Below are positions 58,229 to 64,000 of a stretch of DNA of 64,000 nt, piece after piece. Each line of letters opens with the position of its first letter. Positions within the stretch are counted from its first letter, which is position 1. The position numbers and the translations under genes are program-made. Under the pieces are notes generated by a model. The model was not told the origin of the DNA. It saw only the letters and a list, made by a program, of their open reading frames with translations, and searched no databases. Where the stretch lies: positions 2,857 to 66,856 of the forward strand of contig JAFWMN010000006.1 of assembly GCA_017513865.1 (NCBI GenBank), given 5' to 3'. This DNA is from Bacilli bacterium (GTDB lineage Bacteria; Bacillota_I; Bacilli_A; RF39; UBA660).

Positions 58229-59738
58229 AGCTACCACCTATTTCTTTTTGAATTTGTTCATTAATTTTTCTTAATTCTTCATCTAATCTTGCGGCTTCTT
58301 CACGTACTTCCATTAATCTTCTTAATAAAAATTCAGCGACATTTATTAAATTCTCTTTTCTTTCATTGTTTTTTGTTTCTTCATCGATTTGGTTTGTAAG
58401 TTTTAGAACTAGATCTGCTGTTTCTTCTATTTCTGGAACTTTTGGTGTTTCTGGTTCTGGTAGGGATTGTGGCATTTCTTCGATATTCCTATCCTCTGGT
58501 TTTTCTGTTTCTTCTATTTCTGGAACTTTTGGTGTTTCTGGTTCTGGTAAGGATTGTGGCATTTCTTCGATATTCCTATCCTCTGGTTTTTCTGTTTCTT
58601 CTATTTTTGGAACTTTTGGTGTTTCTGGTTCTGGTAGGGATTGTGGTATTTCTTCGATATTCCTATCCTCTATTTTTTCTGTTTCTTCTATTTCTGAAAC
58701 TTTTGGTGTTTCTGGTTCTGGGATATCTAATACTTCTACATTTTTGTAATTGTTTAGATCTGCTGTTGATTTGATTGTTCCGTCTTTATAATATGTCACC
58801 ATTTCATTATTTTCTAATTTTACTTTTACTATTCCATTTCTTTCTTTTATTGCTTTTTTCTTATCTTTTCCAGCTTGTGTTGTTTGTTCCCATACAATTT
58901 CAATAGAATCTAAAGCATCAATATATTCTTGTGGTAATGTTCCTTTTTTATAATCATATTTTTGGTTTTGGAGCCATTTATTTACATCTATGTCATCATA
59001 TATGTATTTTTGTGGTATAAATATGTGTCCAAAATTTTCATAGATTTGTTTTAAGAAATTAAAAATTTGATACCATCTTTCTTTATTTTTTTCATGTCTT
59101 TTTCTATCTTTTTCTTCTTTTTCTGGCTCTTTTTGTTCTTCATTTGTTGTTTTTATTTTGCTTGTTAGTTCGCTTATGTTGTTTATTTTATTTAGTGTTA
59201 AACCATATTGATTAAGCACTTCTTCTACTTTTAATATTTGTGATACTTTTAGTATTCTATCTAAAAATAGTTCGATGGCGTTGAATAGTAACAATTCTTC
59301 AATTGTTTTTATCCCACAGTTTTTTAATTGTATAATGACTTTTTCTGGTAATTTTAGGGCTTCAATATCTTTTTTTAACAGTGAATCAATATCTATTTGT
59401 TTTCTTTTTTGTTCGTTTTCTTTTTCTATTTCTTCGATTATCCTATCTCTTTCATTTCTTTCTTTGTATGTTGCTTTTGAATCCATCTCTGCTCTATCAA
59501 AGGCTTTTCTTTCTTCTTCGTCTAACGTTGATTTGATGTCTAATCTCTTGTTTGCTAGATTTGTGGTTATTTCATTTAGCAATTCTTTATTATCTGAGAG
59601 GTTTTGTTTCAAAAGATTTCTTATTGTAAATATATTAAGATATTCTAAACTTGCTAATGCTTTTTCGCTTAATCCTAATTTTAATACGCTGTCATTTAAT
59701 TTATATAATGTTTCTTCTTTCATACTTTCTCCTTTCAC
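58215..59738 (-). CDS. Repeat-containing protein with two RNAP alpha-CTD-like HhH motifs, a helicase-associated (HA) domain and four PE-rich 26-aa tandem repeats
   Basis: LKLGLSEKALASLEYLNIFTIRNLL and LKLPEKVIIQLKNCGIKTIEELL resemble alpha-CTD. WYQIFNFLKQIYENFGHIFIPQKY...WL resembles the HA domain. Repeat unit PEPETPKVPEIEETEKPEDRNIEEMPQSL. Confidence 0.5.
   Translation of the reverse strand: MKGESMKEETLYKLNDSVLKLGLSEKALASLEYLNIFTIRNLLKQNLSDNKELLNEITTNLANKRLDIKSTLDEEERKAFDRAEMDSKATYKERNERDRIIEEIEKENEQKRKQIDIDSLLKKDIEALKLPEKVIIQLKNCGIKTIEELLLFNAIELFLDRILKVSQILKVEEVLNQYGLTLNKINNISELTSKIKTTNEEQKEPEKEEKDRKRHEKNKERWYQIFNFLKQIYENFGHIFIPQKYIYDDIDVNKWLQNQKYDYKKGTLPQEYIDALDSIEIVWEQTTQAGKDKKKAIKERNGIVKVKLENNEMVTYYKDGTIKSTADLNNYKNVEVLDIPEPETPKVSEIEETEKIEDRNIEEIPQSLPEPETPKVPKIEETEKPEDRNIEEMPQSLPEPETPKVPEIEETEKPEDRNIEEMPQSLPEPETPKVPEIEETADLVLKLTNQIDEETKNNERKENLINVAEFLLRRLMEVREEAARLDEELRKINEQIQKEIGGSYGQR
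58420..58740. repeat. Intragenic 78-bp tandem repeat, about 4 near-identical copies
   Basis: Unit ttctatttctggaacttttggtgtttctggttctggtagggattgtggcatttcttcgatattcctatcctctggtttttctgtttc repeats in phase. Confidence 0.85.
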
Positions 59739-61582
59739 TGTTTTTTTATTCTTTCTTTTACAATTTTCATTTGTTCAATTATACTTAACAAATACGTTAA
59801 CTCCTGTGAATCCATTATTTTTATTTGTTCATAAATTAATAAGTATACAGTTAACGATTCAATTTTGTCTGGTGTTTTTTCAACTATTTTTTCAACTTTA
59901 GCCATGTCAATTTGTGGGGTGATTAGTCGTTTTCCCATTTCTTCTATTTTTTCTAACACATATCTTAATTCGTCTGGATTCATTTCTTTTAAGTTTTGTC
60001 TTATTAGTTTCCTTAAGATGATTTCTTTCACTCTTCCTTTATCTTCTACTATTTCTTGTTGTGGTTCTGCTGGTGTTGGTTCGTCTACTAGTGGTTCTAT
60101 TATTTCGATTGAAGGAACTTCTGAACTTTGTTCTTCTTTACCTCTTTCTTCTATAAATTCAGCGTGTTTTTTTTCTATGAAGCTTATAAATCCAGCATCT
60201 GTTGCCTCCATTAACTTTCTTTTTCTTCCTTCAGTTATTTTATATTCTCTAATTAAACCATGGATGTATTTTCCGATTTCATATCTTCCATATGAATTTA
60301 TGATAACTATCAAATTTTCTGGAATATCATATGTTTGTTCTCTTTTATAAAACTCATGGAGGGCAGCTATGGTATTATTAGTCCATCTTTCTCTATCTAG
60401 TCTCTCACCATTTAAGTCAATTTTATATAGTATTTCACCATTTTCATCTTCTTTAAATCTTGGTTCTTTTTCGATTTGCGGTGTTTCTGTTTCCTCATTA
60501 TCTTTTTTTCTTCGTTTTCCTTCTATTATTTCTTCCATTGTCTTACCATTTAATTCTTCTATTTTAAGCGGGTCAATCCACGATATGGCTTTTTCTGAAT
60601 CTGGGATTATTTCTAATATTCTTTTTATTTCAACATCACTAAACCTTCTGGATGCTCTAGAAAGCCATTTACCCAATTCTATTAGTTTTCCGTCTTCATC
60701 TTGTGTTTTGTAGTCTATTGGAACTTCTAGATCACCATATTTTTCATAATATTTTTTTAATTGTTTTATTCCTTCCTCTGTTGTTATTCTTTTTCTTTCT
60801 ATTTTTGTTCTTGGTTTAATAAGCTCTTCTATTCTTTTAAATTCTTCCTCTTCTTCTTTTAAAATTCTTTCTCTTTCTTGTGGATCTTTTAATCTTTGTT
60901 TTAATTCTTCATATTGTTCACTGACGTCTTTTTTTCTTCCAATTAACCAATCTTGCCATTTTGTTGTAACGTTACCTTTTTTACTATATGCGCCTATAAT
61001 AAATATAACATCACCAATTTGATAGCAGTAGAATCGTTCTTGTCTTCCTCTAGATGTTGGTTTTATTTTAAATAAATCACGTATTTTTTCATGACTTGTT
61101 AATTTATCATCGCCAGTTAATTGATAGTCTCTAACATCGATGAATTTTTTGAGCAAATCCCAAAATAAATAATAGTTTTCTCTTTTTATTTCATTTTCAC
61201 AATCTTTTAACTCATCATAGCAATAAGATTCTCCGCTTGGTTTTCTAGCCCAAACAATTCTTATTGGTCTTGGTGAGATTATTTCAAATTCATCCTCTTC
61301 TTTTTTTTGTAAGCTTTCAAAAAAACTATCTATTTCTTTTATTTTTGCTTTAATTTCTTTTATTAACTCTTCTTTAAATTCTTCTTCTAAGGCTTCATCT
61401 TGAGAAACTTTTTCTATTTCTTGTTCTAATAAATCTTTTATATTTCCTATCACTTCTTCATTTCCATCCAATTGAGTTTTTAAAAAATGAGCTAAATCTT
61501 CTATTTTACTAATTCTTAAAACTTGGGTATACATTTGTTGAATATATTCTTTGTTTCTTTCGTTTTCTGTCATTTTTTTCAC
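59735..61582 (-). CDS. Uncharacterised protein with two helicase-associated (HA) domain-like repeats and charged coiled-coil regions
   Basis: KQLKKYYEKYGDLEVPIDYKTQDEDGKLIELGKWLSRASRR and TIAALHEFYKREQTYDIPENL...GKYIHGLIREY match the HA pattern (Y..L..Y..G.L.VP...G..LG.W); 4-nt overlap with the downstream gene. Confidence 0.5.
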   Translation of the reverse strand: MKKMTENERNKEYIQQMYTQVLRISKIEDLAHFLKTQLDGNEEVIGNIKDLLEQEIEKVSQDEALEEEFKEELIKEIKAKIKEIDSFFESLQKKEEDEFEIISPRPIRIVWARKPSGESYCYDELKDCENEIKRENYYLFWDLLKKFIDVRDYQLTGDDKLTSHEKIRDLFKIKPTSRGRQERFYCYQIGDVIFIIGAYSKKGNVTTKWQDWLIGRKKDVSEQYEELKQRLKDPQERERILKEEEEEFKRIEELIKPRTKIERKRITTEEGIKQLKKYYEKYGDLEVPIDYKTQDEDGKLIELGKWLSRASRRFSDVEIKRILEIIPDSEKAISWIDPLKIEELNGKTMEEIIEGKRRKKDNEETETPQIEKEPRFKEDENGEILYKIDLNGERLDRERWTNNTIAALHEFYKREQTYDIPENLIVIINSYGRYEIGKYIHGLIREYKITEGRKRKLMEATDAGFISFIEKKHAEFIEERGKEEQSSEVPSIEIIEPLVDEPTPAEPQQEIVEDKGRVKEIILRKLIRQNLKEMNPDELRYVLEKIEEMGKRLITPQIDMAKVEKIVEKTPDKIESLTVYLLIYEQIKIMDSQELTYLLSIIEQMKIVKERIKKQ

Positions 61583-61661
61583 CGCTTTCTACTTTACTTA
61601 AGTATATCATATTATTTTTTTGTAATCAAAAAAAACAAATATATAATTTGTTTTTTTACAT

Positions 61662-63209
61662 TTACTTTATTCTTTTAACTATTTCTGGGTGTCTTAATTT
61701 TTTCAAAGCTATTGATTCTATTTGTCTAACACGTTCGTCAGTTACACCAATTATTTTTCCTACTTCTTCACAGCTTTTTGGATTATCAAAATCAAAACCA
61801 AATCTTAATCTCATAATTTTTTCTTCTCTCTTAGTTATAAGTCTATACGTTTTTTCTTCGTTTCCTTGTTGCTTTTCTTTTACTCTGATTGTGAAAAGCT
61901 CTTTTACTGCTTCATTTGTATAGTTTCTAATTGCTTTTTCTTCTGTGGTTTCTTCTAATACCGTTTCATTTTCTAATAAGATTGTTCCCTCTATTTCTGG
62001 CGATAATTCGCCTTCTTCAAGCATTTCATCTAAACTGCTTAGACCATAAGTGAGTTTTTCAATTTTCATAGCTTCTTCTATTTCTTTTGTTGATACTTCC
62101 GGCATTCTGTTTTTTATGTCTTCGATTGTTACTTTTTCTTTTTCTTTTTCAAGGTCTCTTTTTACTCTTAAATACTTGAAAAATATTTGTTTTTTGGCAC
62201 TTAATGGGATTTCTTCAAAGTATCTATATCTGTTTAAGTTCCAGCTGATTGCCCAGTATACAAAAGTACTTAAAGCATATTCTTTACCATACCTTCCGTT
62301 GTTTGGTAATTTTATATCATAATTTTTTATATATTTGTCGATTCCTTTTATTAATCCCTCATATATGAAGGACATTTTATCCTCGGCGTTTCTTCCAAAC
62401 ACATCATTATCTATCTGATATTGAAATGCGAGTCTTAAAGAGTGGCTAATTAATTCTTTTCTTAATGGATAATAGAAATTTTCTATACCTTTTAATTTTA
62501 TTGTTTCTTTTTTTAATTCTTTTAACAGTTCTTTTAATTCGTCTTGTAAATCATCTTGTTGATTATTTTCAAGCTTTAAAATTTGTTCGTTTAAAAAGTT
62601 TATTCTTTCTTCTGTTTGTTTTTTTAGTTTGTATAATTTAGATAATCTTGCGACCATTTCCCTTCGTCTTATTTCACTATAAGGTCTTGTTGCTCTATCT
62701 ATATTAATATGGTGATTTTGAGCTACTCTTTTAAATCCATCTTCCCCCTGGATTGTTAAATCTACTCCTCTTATATTATATCCTTTGTCACTGAGATACT
62801 GATATATATATACAAGTTCCCATGGCATTAGGCCAAGATTAAGTATTTTGAAGTGAGGAATGTTTACTTCATATTCATATTCTTCATTTAATGTTGTAAA
62901 GTCTGAAGCAAGTTCTTCTATTATTGTTTTAATTTCCTTTTGTCTTTCTGGCGCTATTTTTATATCCGCTTCTGTTGACATTTTTAATATTAATTGATGA
63001 TCATAGGTTTCAACTTTTTCAAATTGCTGAATATCTATGATATTATATCCTTTTTGTTTGAAGTATTCTATTACCTCTTCCGCATTATATTTAAATTTTT
63101 TATATATTTTGTGATTTGGAATATAGTATACTGTTTGATTTAAGGAATTCTGGTATCTATAATTTTGGGCAAAATTATTTGCTTTTTCTTTTTGTTTTCT
63201 ATTTAGCAT
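61662..63209 (-). CDS. Sigma-70 family sigma factor with about 230-aa uncharacterised N-terminal extension
   Basis: Region 2-like GLIKGIDKY...YALSTFVYWAISWNLNRY; region 4.2 EEKIMRLRFGFDFDNPKSCEEVGKIIGVTDERVRQIESIALKKLRHP. Confidence 0.6.
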   Translation of the reverse strand: MLNRKQKEKANNFAQNYRYQNSLNQTVYYIPNHKIYKKFKYNAEEVIEYFKQKGYNIIDIQQFEKVETYDHQLILKMSTEADIKIAPERQKEIKTIIEELASDFTTLNEEYEYEVNIPHFKILNLGLMPWELVYIYQYLSDKGYNIRGVDLTIQGEDGFKRVAQNHHINIDRATRPYSEIRRREMVARLSKLYKLKKQTEERINFLNEQILKLENNQQDDLQDELKELLKELKKETIKLKGIENFYYPLRKELISHSLRLAFQYQIDNDVFGRNAEDKMSFIYEGLIKGIDKYIKNYDIKLPNNGRYGKEYALSTFVYWAISWNLNRYRYFEEIPLSAKKQIFFKYLRVKRDLEKEKEKVTIEDIKNRMPEVSTKEIEEAMKIEKLTYGLSSLDEMLEEGELSPEIEGTILLENETVLEETTEEKAIRNYTNEAVKELFTIRVKEKQQGNEEKTYRLITKREEKIMRLRFGFDFDNPKSCEEVGKIIGVTDERVRQIESIALKKLRHPEIVKRIK

Positions 63210-63318
63210 TATTTTCCCTCCTTTTTTATTCTTTATGGTTTCTTAAAAATACATGAGAAAAGCCCCTTTTTTCTTTGGGACTTATTATAATATATTTTGC
63301 ATATTTGTCAAATTAGAT

Positions 63319-64000
63319 TTATTCTAATTCTTGTTCATATAATTCTTTATATAGCTTGTTTTTCTTTAATAACTCATTATGTGTTCCTTCATCTATAACT
63401 TTACCATCATCAATTAGTAAAATTCGATCAGAATCTATAACAGTTGATAGTCTATGAGCAATTATTAAAATTGTATATTCACCTTTCATATTATTTATGG
63501 CTTTTTGAATGGCTTTTTGTGTTTCATTATCTAGGGCGCTTGTTGCTTCATCAAAAAGAATAATTTCGGTTTTTTTAAGAAGGGCTCTGGCGATAGCTAG
63601 TCTTTGTCGTTGACCACCTGATAGTGTCACTCCGCCTTCTCCAACTATTGTGTCATATTTTTTTGGAAGGGTCATAATGAAGTTATGGAGTTGAGCTATT
63701 TTACATGCTTCTATTATTTCTTCATCAGTAACATCTTCTTTAGTTATTTTTAAGTTTTCTTTGATTGTAAAATTAAATATATATGGGGCCTGAGTAATAA
63801 TTGAAATATTATCTCTAATACTATCTTTATCTAGTTCATTTATATCTATATTATCTATAGTTATTTTACCTTTGTCTGTCTTATATAATCTGTCTATTAG
63901 ATTAAATACCGTTGTTTTTCCAGAGCCACTTTTTCCGACGAAAGCAACTGTCTCGTTAGCATTTACTTTAAAAGACATGTCTCTAAGAATTTTTTTCTTA
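63319..64000 (-). CDS. ABC transporter ATP-binding domain (C-terminal part of a fused permease-ATPase; gene continues past window end)
   Basis: Walker A GKSGSGKTT, signature LSGGQRQR, Walker B ILLIDEATSALD, H-loop; frame open to 64000. Confidence 0.8.
   Translation of the reverse strand, partial: KKKILRDMSFKVNANETVAFVGKSGSGKTTVFNLIDRLYKTDKGKITIDNIDINELDKDSIRDNISIITQAPYIFNFTIKENLKITKEDVTDEEIIEACKIAQLHNFIMTLPKKYDTIVGEGGVTLSGGQRQRLAIARALLKKTEIILFDEATSALDNETQKAIQKAINNMKGEYTILIIAHRLSTVIDSDRILLIDDGKVIDEGTHNELLKKNKLYKELYEQELE

Noticed and set aside
58366-58774. Two plus-strand ORFs (127 and 110 aa) with internally repetitive translations
   Set aside because: They are produced by the 78-bp tandem repeat read antisense. 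The minus-strand frame is the coding one.
59275-60713. Several plus-strand ORFs (59275-59901, 59865-60350, 60369-60713)
   Set aside because: They are hydrophobic and low-complexity shadows opposite the 59735-61582 gene.

Overview
This is an AT-rich Firmicutes chromosome segment, probably from a Clostridium-like spore former (spoIID, spoIIQ-like, spoIIID, spoVT present). It has two parts.

**Accessory island (1 to about 18.8 kb).** It runs off the window's left edge. From left to right it carries:
- a partial type IIG restriction-modification fusion enzyme, translationally coupled to an upstream XRE-HTH regulator;
- an integrative mobilizable element module: AAA_25 RepA-like ATPase, MobV relaxase with a GC-rich oriT-like hairpin, and a tyrosine integrase next to a repeat-rich att-like spacer;
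- a co-directional defence cluster: a MazF-fold toxin domain fused to a novel N-terminal domain, an XRE-HTH–ImmA/IrrE metallopeptidase fusion, a HigB/RelE-like toxin, a GIY-YIG (T5orf172-like) protein and a complete type I hsdRMS system;
- a compositionally distinct gene of about 618 aa whose C-terminus resembles a Gp49/HigB RelE-fold domain.

**Core chromosome (18.8 to 64 kb).** Gene order parallels the Bacillus/Clostridium origin-proximal region. In window order the genes are yggS, cobB, typA, mreB/mbl, spoIIID, spoIIQ-like, spoIID, rpiB, rpsR, ssb, rpsF, ychF, parB, parA, ftsH, tilS, ung, ksgA, tatD, metG, spoVT, ppaC, mfd and pth. metG has a T-box leader and rpsF has an RBS-sequestering leader hairpin.

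**Unusual core cluster (58.2 to 63.2 kb).** Three genes encode a sigma-70 family protein with a 230-aa N-terminal extension and two proteins carrying helicase-associated (HA) domains. One of these also has RNA polymerase alpha-CTD-like helix-hairpin-helix repeats and a perfect 78-bp x4 intragenic tandem repeat.

No rRNA, tRNA or CRISPR was seen.
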